This document shows positions 8,301 to 19,300 of a stretch of 64,000 nucleotides of DNA, in pieces (the first letter of the stretch is position 1; every line of letters begins with the position of its first letter). The stretch is from assembly GCA_000004985.1 (NCBI GenBank), contig GG738866.1; one strand, 5' to 3'. Source of the stretch: Naegleria gruberi (lineage: Eukaryota). Both the position numbers and the translations under genes were made by a program. The notes beneath the pieces were generated by a model. That model did not search any database. It was given only the letters and a program-made list of their open reading frames with translations, and was not told the origin of the DNA.

Positions 8301-10228
8301 TTGCAACCAGTACCATCAAAATTACAACCACTTCTGCCTCGCCTTCAGGTGTTGCTCCTCAATCATCAACTGCATCTCAAAAACCTTCTGCTAGTAACAA
8401 TGGTTTTGATAACGATGACTGGGGAAGAATCATTCCAAACATTTCCACAAATACCAATGATGTTAAACCTGTTAAGCTAGATTCACCTGGTTTTGAAAAC
8501 GACACCAAACAATCTGCTACTATTTCCCAACAACCAAAGCCATCTCTATCACCTGTTAAAAAAGAAAGTGTTGTTTCTGCCAACGACGATTTTGGTGACT
8601 TCCCAGAACCAAAGTCAACAAAAGAAGAAACTGAATGGTCAAGTAATGATTCATGGGATGCACCTCCTCAAACATCTCCAAAAGCTACTTCAACAACTGA
8701 CTCTTGGTCTACACCTGAGCCAAAGGAGGTTTCAAATGATTCTTGGGGAGATGACAACAAGTGGACTGAACAATCATGGGAACCTTCACCACCAAAAGCA
8801 ACAGAAACTAAATCAGAAGTGCCAGTCAAGAAGATTGAATCTTCTGTTGTCTCAGCTAGTGAAGATGATTTTGGAGATTTCCCAGAACCAAAAGATCATG
8901 ACCCACAACAACACGATTCTTGGGGAAATACCCAAAATAATTCATGGGAAAGTTCTAGCAATAATTGGGCATCAAATAATGATTCATGGGGAACTTCTCA
9001 AAATGACTCCTGGACAACCCAAGTTGACTCTTTCAAACCTGAGCCAACCTCTTGGGAAAGCTCGTCCATAAGCAATACTAACAATGCTGCCAGCTCAACA
9101 CCATCATTTACTGATCAAGGTTTTGCCAATGATGATTTTGGAGATTTCCCAGTTGTAAAGGAGGATTCAAAGCCTCAAGCAGATTCTTGGGAAACTCAAA
9201 TACCAACCACTATTGAACCAGTCCAAACACCAGAAGCTTCAGTTCCAACTCCATCGTTCCAAACTACATCTCAACCTAATAGTGGATTTGACGACTTCCC
9301 AAAACAACAAGACGAGCAAGGTTTTGGTAACGATGATGATTTTGGAGATTTTCCAGAGCCACAAGACCATTCCCTTAAACAAAATGACAACGATGATTTT
9401 GGTGATTTCCCAGAGCCTCAAGATCACAAACCACAAGATGATTCATGGGGAAGCAACATTCAACCTGTCTCTAACAACGACTCTTGGCTTTCAGCTATTC
9501 CTACAAATGTACAAACTTCTGTTAAACCTGCTCAATTAGGAGGGTTCGATGATTGGTTGTCTCCTGCAACAGTTTCAACTCCACCTGCACAATCAACAGG
9601 TACACCGCTAAGTACCCCTCAACCAATTTCAGATGATTGGCTTTCAGGATCCATTTCTACTCCAACAGTTCCTCAGTCTCAACAAACAACTCAACCTACT
9701 GTAGTTGCTGATGATTGGCTCTCAGGATCTAGCTCTACAACAGCTCTTCCCCAAACTCAACCTGTTGGTGATGATTGGCTTTCTGGCTCCATTTCCACTC
9801 CAACAACACAATCATGGTCAACTGCTGCTGTTGCATCAACTGTTGAAACAACTGAGGATGATAGCTTTGGAGATTTCCCAGAACCAAAGGATCACGAACC
9901 AAACCATCAAGATAACGATGACGATTTTGGTGATTTCCCAGAACCTCAAGATCATGTACCAAAACAAACATTTTCCAATGATGGATTTGATACTTTCCCA
10001 GTTTCACAAAATATTATTATTCCTCCTGTTCAAACAAAGCCAATTGGTGGATTTGACGATTGGTTATCTACTCCAACCTCTCAATCAACAGGGTTTTCCT
10101 CCCAACCAACTTCCCAACCTGTAATTTCTGATGATTGGCTCTCCACTACCACCAGTGCTACTACTTCTCAACCATCTACAAATAATACTGCTGCTGGTAA
10201 ACCAAATGATCTTTTTGAATTTTTCTAA
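5372..10228 (+). CDS. Large acidic, low-complexity protein (1618 aa) with about 20 DFGDF(P) motifs, multiple DDWLS and DSWG motifs and a short non-repetitive central island
   Basis: A single ORF starts only 68 bp after the previous stop. Recurrent (D/E)(D/E)DFGDFP peptides lie between positions 6180 and 9950. DDWLS(G/T) repeats lie between 9535 and 10140. Composition is D/E/T/S/P/Q-rich. Confidence 0.8.
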   Translation: MSEETPVEQQISSNIDDDHHQVENTTTSITEDTNNDTSTVNEQTEDETTNIVEQTSEESKQEETTIEENTSIEEKQSVECNNNDDTIIQPTTEESTKVEEQVTSPTSETNFDNGDWLDGDSFATTDDHQQETLYNNDQSSTENSTLPEQTNLVSDSVISAQSTDEQQEATTTNTEEPIVEEQSSEKVIPNTSSQEDFGDYSEDASEAIVIGETMHEHNSSQDVNNQVEIPLEESVQTNESNTLESTNKVEHSDSVVEETNNENSDEGFANNDDFGDFPSTATATMETPTIEEPSTIVESTSQEGSNQTSTEDNLNSSEQPAEDQLEESTNPSEEGNKPETTVETEFSSVQEEMKFANDEDFGDFPTSTEVETSQPAHINETTEPVREFAEDEDFGDVPVSTVVETSQSTLVKETISEPVPVQELAKDEDFPTSTEETAQKEEHVNDTNEKIESVDSTGQEIEIVQPTTQVTGFDDNDNFGEFPEVAENTHKVKGFGDDDDFGEFPTEQPSAHTETVIQPATQEEKFVNDEDFGDFPQPTLTNETISELEFAKDEDFGDFPTSTEETTHVNETSSEPVQEFAQGEDFGDFPTSTEETSHVNESTNPPTDETNGGFAEDDDFGDFAPAVESTEANAEDDFGDFAEPTTDSTTEQPTTTADHNEEDFGDFNEPTQESTKEDEDDFGGFGEAKEEEEEPVAKPVEINYADLLKDQKHVIDSILSIDQIKNEDEFSKVKQSVHNLVSMLIPTELAGNPERTDITGESGNTLEKLFNMNSNHNADILSKMSVWQNSCVEKHFLLSLGMEKKKNKKLNKPLRKALHRRTASTTYSTPISGDTPQKPKIDTPNVDQRMKIDEIGNISQRMLGARHRRVGSTVTDLHLSPRTVPLGVNTMEQAVSPTATSPLPTTPVSTNKFTGNVPSPSLSAQHTDDLINSYTPSINTPSSSKPKNAELDDIAALVFGSGFASPTKEIPKTEVKVATSTIKITTTSASPSGVAPQSSTASQKPSASNNGFDNDDWGRIIPNISTNTNDVKPVKLDSPGFENDTKQSATISQQPKPSLSPVKKESVVSANDDFGDFPEPKSTKEETEWSSNDSWDAPPQTSPKATSTTDSWSTPEPKEVSNDSWGDDNKWTEQSWEPSPPKATETKSEVPVKKIESSVVSASEDDFGDFPEPKDHDPQQHDSWGNTQNNSWESSSNNWASNNDSWGTSQNDSWTTQVDSFKPEPTSWESSSISNTNNAASSTPSFTDQGFANDDFGDFPVVKEDSKPQADSWETQIPTTIEPVQTPEASVPTPSFQTTSQPNSGFDDFPKQQDEQGFGNDDDFGDFPEPQDHSLKQNDNDDFGDFPEPQDHKPQDDSWGSNIQPVSNNDSWLSAIPTNVQTSVKPAQLGGFDDWLSPATVSTPPAQSTGTPLSTPQPISDDWLSGSISTPTVPQSQQTTQPTVVADDWLSGSSSTTALPQTQPVGDDWLSGSISTPTTQSWSTAAVASTVETTEDDSFGDFPEPKDHEPNHQDNDDDFGDFPEPQDHVPKQTFSNDGFDTFPVSQNIIIPPVQTKPIGGFDDWLSTPTSQSTGFSSQPTSQPVISDDWLSTTTSATTSQPSTNNTAAGKPNDLFEFF

Positions 10229-10357
10229 GTAAGGGATTAATTTTAATGCAAAATAATTGTAGAGATAAACAGAGATATGTTTAATAATAACGACTAGTAT
10301 TTATAAAAAGATAAGCTTTTTAATTTGGAAGTTTCCTAATTAATCACATTAAAAAGA

Positions 10358-13300
10358 ATGTCTGCTCTTAGCCACATCCTTAACACCCTCACCCTCCTCA
10401 TCACAATACTTCTGCTCACATCTCTATCACTCGGAGCCAAACAGCCATACATTCTTCCATACTGTGCCAAACTAACAGTAGAACCTTACAATGTGAAAAT
10501 TGCTACAGCTTCCACAACCATAACTTTCAAATCGACATCTGATCTGTGGTTCTTTCTCGACTCTTCATACTTTGCCCTTATTCCAAACAATACAGATCAT
10601 GGCAAGTTTGCTGACTTTGCTCGTTATTGTGTCTATTTGATGGACACTTCAACTTCCTACACTTATTTACCAGCTGTGAATAGTATGAATTTGACGAGTA
10701 CTAAAACTTTCACAGCCACATTTACCAGTTTACCAAATAACAAGAGACTCTCACTGTCAATGTCAAGTTGTTTCTTTACATTATACAGAGAGAGTGAATA
10801 TCATCAAGAGCTTGTGCCAATTCCACCAATTAGTATCTACAATTATGCAACTGGTACTGGAACTGTTTCATCTTTTGCTCCGACCTATGATTATGATTCA
10901 TACTATGCCAAGTATTGTCTTAATAAGGCAACGAATGATTCAAGATATTCAGCAGAGACTTTCACCAGCACAACTTCAACATCAACTGTAGCCAGTTCTT
11001 TATCTTTGATATCGGAAAGCACTTTTGCAAAAACATATTCCAATTCTGGACTATCTATTTCTGGTAAATGGAAAACAGACTCGTTCTCTTCGCAAATTAA
11101 TTCATTCACCTATTCCAATTACAATTATCAACTCTTCAATCCAATCAATATGAATTTCAAGAAAAATGCAACTTTTATCAAGTATCCTCTCAAATGGAAA
11201 CGTCACATTAATGTGGCATCTGAGTCTGTCAGTTTCACAGTGCCATCAGATACTTCCATCACAAAGAGATGTGCAGATCCTCAAGAATTACAAGATTTAC
11301 TCGACACCTGCATTTCTACCAATCAAATTTTTAAGGTAAATGATGTAGAAGGAGGAACTCCATGGCATTATGGAGCTAATCCTTCATCTCCAGCTGAGGT
11401 TTCAGATGTCAACATTTTAATAACCTATTCTTATTACGAAGCTATTTTCTATTCAGGACTGGCTCTTCCTTATTTGAGAGCTCTCATAGTTAATGGAACT
11501 TTGACAATTGCAAGAACTGACATTTCAAATTCATATTTTTATTGTGCAAAGAATACTTTGAGAAACCAATTCCAATATTGGGATTCCACAGTTTATCACT
11601 TTATCAAGTTTAGTACTATTCATAACATGTATTCATTTGATTCAAGTAGGAAGAGTTATGATTTGAATACAATGGCAGGAATTGGCATTGGATCTCAAAA
11701 TATTCAATTGACTAATTTCGAAAATCAAAATGCAAAGAGTGAGAATGGAGTTTCTTTGCAGATTAGTGATACTTCACTGGATGATACATTCTATTCTCAA
11801 ACAAGAGTTGTTCCAATCTATCAATATAACGAAACAATCAATTCAGTTTTTGATTTGACATTTATTTATGATTCTGAGCTTGGATCCAAGACAGGTGGTG
11901 CTTTGGTGACACAGGAAGATTTTGTGACAACTTATAAATCAACTGCTTGTGCTGAAAAGTATGGTTCCAGACTTGATACTCAATTGAGCAATTTCTTTAC
12001 GTCAAGTGCTTATACTTTTATTAGAATTCCAGAGTTTGCCAATAGACTAAACTATTCCAAGTCTATTTCCTATAATATAACATCAAACTCTATACAAATG
12101 AATTATCTAAACACTGAGCAAGCCGTTCAGTTCAGTTTACTAGTAGATTCTTCATTATTAGTTTACAAAGAGGCAAGAATTTCACTTGCAGATTATTCCT
12201 TCTTTGTAACACCAAATAGACAAGAATGGAATGAAATGAATGCTACCTTGAATGTAAATATAACAAATAGTGGAGAAATTAAAGGAACTTTTCAAGTGAC
12301 AGCAACTTGTGGTTCACCAATCACAGTTAAGGAAGCTAATGTCAAGACTGCTGACATTGAAAATGGAAAATCAACTTTGATTCAATTTGGAGTGACCAAT
12401 TCAGAATGGAAATCATATAAGGATTTACTAAATGTTTCCTGTTTGGTAAATGTTAAAATTATTAAGGAAGAATTATGGACCAGTACGAATAAGGAAATTA
12501 CTATATATGAAACTATTGTTTTGGATCATGGTTACTTTGTACCATATTGCGAACAAAAATATAACGAGCCATTTATTGAATTTTCTGAGAGCCATTTGAA
12601 TCAATCCAAATTTACAAGAATTTCGAATACGTTTTACAATTCTATTCTATTCGCAGTGAAAAGCAATACAACAGATCAAATTTCTGCCAGATACAGTATA
12701 TCAGTCATCCCAACAGACGATAACCCATTTATTCTTTCAAATTCTTCAATACTGACCTTTGAATTAATACCTCAACAAGAAACAACTCTGAATTTGGAAA
12801 TTGTGGGAATTGACTTTGAGAAAATCATGAAAGAACGAATTAATCTGAGCAATTATACCTTCCAAATCACAATCCAGAATATGGATACAGCTGACTGTTG
12901 GTCCGATTATGGAAAATCCATCATCCAACCATTCACGTTCCATGTCGAATATTTGTGTCCAGACAATTTCGTAGGAGTTTTGTGTGATATTCCAGTATGT
13001 TATGGATACAATGCCACAGATATGGAGAACGTATGCTATGGACATGGGTCATGTCTAGCACCAGATACTTGTTCCTGCTTGAATGGTTATACTGCAGATA
13101 ATTGCTCTATACCTATTTGTTTTGATTACAATTCGACTGATGTCAGAGTGTGCTCATCACACGGTGAATGTTTATCACCAGATAATTGTCAATGTTCAAA
13201 TGAATGGACTGGTGATGAGTGTAGTATTCCAATATGTTTTGGAATTCCAGCAAATATTGAATCCACTTGTTATGGTCATGGTAACTGTTCTAATCCAGAT

Positions 13301-16300
13301 ACGTGTCAATGTATTTCAGGATATACATCATCTAATTGTTCAATTCCAGTTTGTTTTGGATTTAATGCTTCAGATATTTCAAATGTTTGTTCAAATCATG
13401 GACAATGTGTTTCACCTGATAACTGCCAATGCGAAAATGGTTATACTGGACTTAATTGCTCAATTCCAATTTGTTTTGGTAAGCATTTACTCATGAATGA
13501 ATCAGGTTTGATCTGCTCAACTCATGGTCATTGTGTGGATACAGACATTTGTCTTTGTTTTGATGGATATTATGGTCCACAATGTGAACTACATAATTGC
13601 TTCAATGTCCCGTTCAACGATTCAAACGTATGTTATGGACATGGTAATTGTACAGAACCAGACCAATGCCAATGTCAAGATGGCTACACTTCATCAAATT
13701 GCTCAATTCCAATTTGTTATAGTTATAATGCATCTGATATTTCAAATGTCTGTTCTACACATGGCAAATGTACTGAACCTGATGTGTGTGCATGTGATAG
13801 TGGGTACACTTCTTTGAACTGTTCAATTCCAATTTGTTTTGGAATTCATTTAGCAATGAATGAATCAATGTTAATTTGTTCATCACATGGTTATTGCGTT
13901 GAACCAGATACATGCATTTGCGAGAATGGATATTATGGAGCAATGTGTGAAATGCATAATTGCTTTGGTGTGAAATTTAATGACTCCACTGTATGTTATG
14001 GACACGGAAATTGCTCACAACCAGATTCCTGTGTTTGCTCAGATGGTTATACATCTGATAATTGCTCAATTCCAATTTGTTTTAACATCACAGCTTCAAA
14101 TTCACAAGTTTGTTCATCACACGGTGAATGTTTATCACCAGATAATTGTCAATGTTCAAAAGAATGGACTGGTGATGAGTGTAGTATTCCAATTTGTTTT
14201 GGAATTCCAGCAATTAATGAAACTGTTTGTTATGGACATGGTAATTGTTCTAATCCAGATACGTGTCAATGTAAATCAGGATATACTTCATCGAATTGTT
14301 CAATTCCTCTTTGTTATGGATTTAATGCTTCAGATATTTCAAATGTTTGTTCAAATCATGGACAATGCCTTGCTCCTGACACTTGCCAATGCGAAAATGG
14401 ATATACTGGACTTAATTGCTCAATTCCAATTTGTTTTGGTAAGCATTTACTCATGAATGAATNNNNNNNNNNNNNNNNNNNNNNNNNNNNNNNNNNNNNN
14501 NNNNNNNNNNNNCATTCCAATTTGTTTTGGAATTCCTGCAACCAACGAATCTGTTTGTTATGGACACGGCAACTGTACCTATCCAGACTATTGTACATGT
14601 AAGCATGGTTTCACATCTAGCTACTGCTTCATGCCAATGTGCTATGGATACAACGCCTCAGATGCTCAAGTTTGCTCTTCACATGGCCAATGCATCTATC
14701 CAGAGTTGTGTAAATGCTCAACTGGGTATACCTCAGAAAATTGTTCAATTCCTATTTGTTTTGGCGTTCATATCTTGATGAATGAAACAGCTCCCTGTTC
14801 CTCACATGGCCATTGTGTTGCTCATGACATTTGTCAATGTTATGACGGATATTATGGAGATAATTGTGAAATACATAATTGTTATGGAGTACCATTCAAT
14901 GATTCTGCAATGACTTGTTATGGCCATGGTAATTGTTCATCTCCAGATATTTGTCTTTGTGAAGAAGGTTATGTTTCGGATAATTGTTCGTTACCAGTTT
15001 GTTTTGGGCTCAATTCTTCTGATTCTAATGTTTGTTCTTCTCATGGACAGTGTATTAAGCCCAATGAATGTGAATGTTCGGTTTATTTTACAGGATTGCT
15101 TTGTGATATTCCAATATGTTTTGGAATTCCAGCAAGTAATGAATCTACTTGTTATGGACATGGTAATTGTTCTAATCCAGATACGTGTCAATGTATTTCA
15201 GGATATACTTCGGATAATTGTTCAATTCCAGTTTGTTTTGGATTTAATGCTTCAGATATTTCAAATGTTTGTTCAAATCATGGACAATGTATTTCACCTG
15301 ATAACTGCCAATGCGAAAATGGATATACTGGACTTAATTGCTCAATTCCAATTTGTTTTGGAAAACATTTACTCATGAATGAATCAGATTTGATATGCTC
15401 AACTCATGGACAGTGTGTGGATACAGACACTTGTCTTTGTGGTGATGGATATTATGGTCCACAATGTGAACTCCATGATTGTTTCCAAGTGCAATTCAAC
15501 GATTCAAACGTATGTTATGGACACGGTAATTGTACACATCCAAACCAATGCCAATGTCAATATGGTTACACTTCATCCAATTGCTCAATTCCAATTTGTT
15601 ATAGTTATAATGCATCTGATATTTCAAGTGTTTGTTCTGCACATGGTCAATGTATTGAACCTGATTTATGTGAATGTCTAAATGGTTACACTTCTTTGAA
15701 CTGTTCAATTCCAATTTGTTTTGGAATTCATTTAGAAATGAATGAGTCAATGTCAATTTGTTCATCACATGGTTATTGCGTTGGGCCAGATACATGCATT
15801 TGTGAGAATGGATATTATGGAGCAATGTGTGAATTGCACAGTTGTTTTGGTGTGAAATTTAATGACTCCACTGTATGTTATGGACATGGAAATTGTTCAC
15901 AACCAGATTCCTGTGTTTGCTCAGATGGTTATACATCTGATAATTGCTCAATTCCAATTTGTTTCAACATCACAGCTTCAAATTCACAAGTTTGTTCATC
16001 ACACGGTGAATGTTTATCACCAGATAATTGTCAATGTTCAAATGAATGGACTGGTGATGAGTGTAGTATTCCAATTTGTTTTGGAATTCCAGCAAGTAAT
16101 GAAACTGTTTGTTATGGACATGGTAATTGTTCATATCCAGATACGTGTCAATGTAAATCAGGATATACTTCATCGAAATGTTCAATTCCTATTTGTTTTG
16201 GATTTAATGCTTCAGATATTTCAAATGTTTGTTCAAATCATGGACAATGCCTTGCTCCTGACATTTGCCAATGCGAAAATGGTTATACTGGATTTAATTG

Positions 16301-19300
16301 CTCAATTCCAATATGTTTTGGAAAACATTTACTCATGAATGAATCAGATTTGATCTGTTCATCCCATGGTGGGTGTATTTCACCTGATACATGTCTATGC
16401 GATAATGGATTTTATGGCCCACAATGTGATTTATTCGATTGTTTTGGAATACAATATAATGATTCGAATACTTGTTATGGAAATGGTAAATGCATTTCAC
16501 CAAATTTGTGCGAATGTTACGATGGATGGACATTTACAAATTGCTCCATTCCTTTATGTTATAATTTAACAGCCTCTGATACGAATGTTTGTTCTTCACA
16601 TGGAAATTGTCTGAAACCTAACGAATGCCAATGTCACGAAGGATTTACATTTGAAAATTGTTCAATTCCAATTTGTTTTAACGTGAACGCATCAGATTCT
16701 AATATTTGCAGTGGACATGGTACATGTATCTCTCCAAATAATTGTTCATGTGAAGAGAATTATTTTAATGCCAATTGTGAAGAAACTACTTGTTTTGGAC
16801 TTGTTTCTAATAGTTTACAAAGTTGTGGTGGATTTGGTAATTGTACAGCATTTGATATTTGTGAATGTGACTCGAAACATGTTGGAGAAAACTGTTCCAT
16901 TACTTTTTGTTTCGGATTACTTTCTAACAATTCGAACAATGTTTGCTCGGGCAAAGGTCAATGTTTAGAATACGACCACTGTAACTGTTCACAAGGTTAC
17001 TATGGAGAATCATGCGACTTATTCGATTGTTTCGACATGCCAAAAAATTCTTCACTTGTCTGTTCAGGAAAAGGTAAATGTTTAGATTCGAATATTTGTA
17101 AATGCGGTATAGGATTTTATGGAGATTATTGTCAAGATTTTGATTGTTTTGGAATTCACAAAGATGATCCAAATGTCTGTTCTAGAGTTTCTCCATGTAC
17201 TTCTCCCAATAATTGCTCCTGTCCAGCTGGATATTACGGAGCTAGTTGTGAACTATTCAATTGCTTTGAAATTCAAAGCAACTCCTCTAAAGTTTGTTCT
17301 GAACATGGGAAATGTCACTTGCCAAATAATTGTTCTTGTGAAGAAGGATATTTTGGGAGAGATTGTTCAGAATTTGAATGTAATTTCATTCACAAAAATA
17401 ATGAAACTGTTTGCAGCTCAAATGGAAAATGTCACTCACCAAATAATTGTTCATGTTTTGATCATTATTATGGAGAAGATTGCGAATTATTTAATTGTTT
17501 TGGGAAAGCATTCAATTCTTCACTGGTTTGCTCTGGAAATGGCCAATGCCTCGATTACAATAATTGTAAATGTAATATATCATTTTTAGGTGTGGAATGC
17601 CAAGATTTTACCTGCCATGGATTACATTTTAATGATTCGAATGTTTGCAGTGGAAATGGAAGCTGTTTATCTTTGGATAATTGCACATGTTTTGATGGAT
17701 TTACTGGGAGTGATTGTGAAATTAATATTCCAGATCCAATTATTGAGAGAAATGAAACTAATAACCAAACTGAAACAACAAATTCAACTCTATTTAGTAA
17801 TCAAACAAGTAGTGATGATAATTCTACCCTGTTTGATAATTCCACTTTGATTAATGGAAATAATCAAACTGAAATGTCTAATTCAACTTTAGAAAGCAAT
17901 CAAACTGTTGTTATTGAAAACTCAACACTACCATTAACGAATCAAACCCTTAATTCATCTTCCATAAATGGAAATCAAACTGAGGTATCAAATTCAACAG
18001 CACTCACAAGTAACCAAACTAATGTTATTGATAATTCTACTTCTTCTGAAAATTCAACATTATCAGCCACCAATCAAACTTTGAATTCCACTTCTGTAAA
18101 TATTAATAACCAAACCGAAACTAATTCTACTGATTCCAATAATTCCACTCTAGAGTCGTGTTCTCAACATGACGGTATACAATGTTCTGGTAATGGATTT
18201 TGCAATCATTCTGAATGTATTTGTGAAAATGGTTACCACGGAACCGATTGCAATCTATTCGAATGTTTTGGAATCAATTCGACTAATTCTCAAGTCTGTT
18301 CTGGTAATGGCCAGTGTGAATCTCCTAATTTATGTGCCTGTAAAGAAGGATATCTATCACCCAATTGTTCCTCATTCACTTGCTTTTCCAAACTAAACTC
18401 AGAACCATTAGTTTGCTCTGGACACGGATATTGCCAAGATCTAAACTCGTGCCAATGTGATTCTGGTTTCTATGGCCCTCAATGTGACCTTATCAAATGC
18501 TTCTCCGTCCTCTCCAATGAATCATCAACAGTTTGTCAAGGTCGTGGAAATTGCACAAATCCTGACACATGTCAATGTGAAACGGGATATCACGGTCCAG
18601 AATGTAACATTCCAGTATGTTTTGGCAATTACAATGAAAATTCAACAAGTGTTTGTAATGGAAATGGTCAATGTTTTGCAAAGGATACATGTCAATGTAA
18701 TGAAGGATATCTTGGTGAAGAATGTCATTTGACAGTCTGTAACAAAACTTCATGTGTTTATGGTGTTTGTGAAAGTGCTTTGAATTGTAAATGTAATGTT
18801 GGATATGGAGGAAAAAATTGTGAGCAAGTCATTTGTTTTGGTCATTTGGCATCTGACATTAATGTTTGTAAGGGAAATGGATATTGCATAGCTCCTGACA
18901 AGTGTAATTGTTCAAGTTTGAAATATAGTGGAAAGGAATGTCAATTCGAACAAGATTCTGATGAGCAATGCTCCATTTATGGAGATTTAACAATTTTTAA
19001 TTCTAATTGGATGAGTGAAAGTTTGAAAATTGGTTTGAGTGGAAAATTGAATCAAACTTTGAGGTCAACTATCAAATATTCTCCTAATTTATTTTCAATG
19101 AATAGTTTCAAATATCTAATCAAGATTCAAAATAACGGAATTAGAAGTTTCGAATATTCTATTCGATCATATTGTGAAAATGGAAATTCTTTCAAGAGTT
19201 TAGGAAAGATGGTTAACTCTATTGAAAGCTCTAAATCATTAACTCAATACGAAAGTATCCAAATTGAAAATGATGCTTTTGGATTTGCATTCTATTCTCT

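Noticed and set aside
14463-14512. The N-run considered as a biological feature such as a masked repeat
   Set aside because: The exact 50-N length with flanking near-identical repeat copies is the signature of a scaffold gap placeholder, not of masking.
13083-16338. Several 90-160-aa ORFs on alternative frames and strands inside the EGF-repeat DNA (for example 13083-13496, 13980-14456, 14920-15378 and 15862-16338) with near-identical sequences
   Set aside because: They are out-of-frame or antisense read-throughs of the tandem EGF coding repeats. They appear as a 'family' only because the underlying DNA is repeated, and they have odd compositions rich in V, I, M and Q. The genuine frame is the Cys-rich one.
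12960-17730. Highly regular tandem repeats that could be mistaken for a CRISPR or satellite array
   Set aside because: The repeats are in-frame coding modules (~114-120 bp EGF units and 960-bp super-units) inside a eukaryotic gene. There are no spacers, no cas genes and no prokaryotic context.
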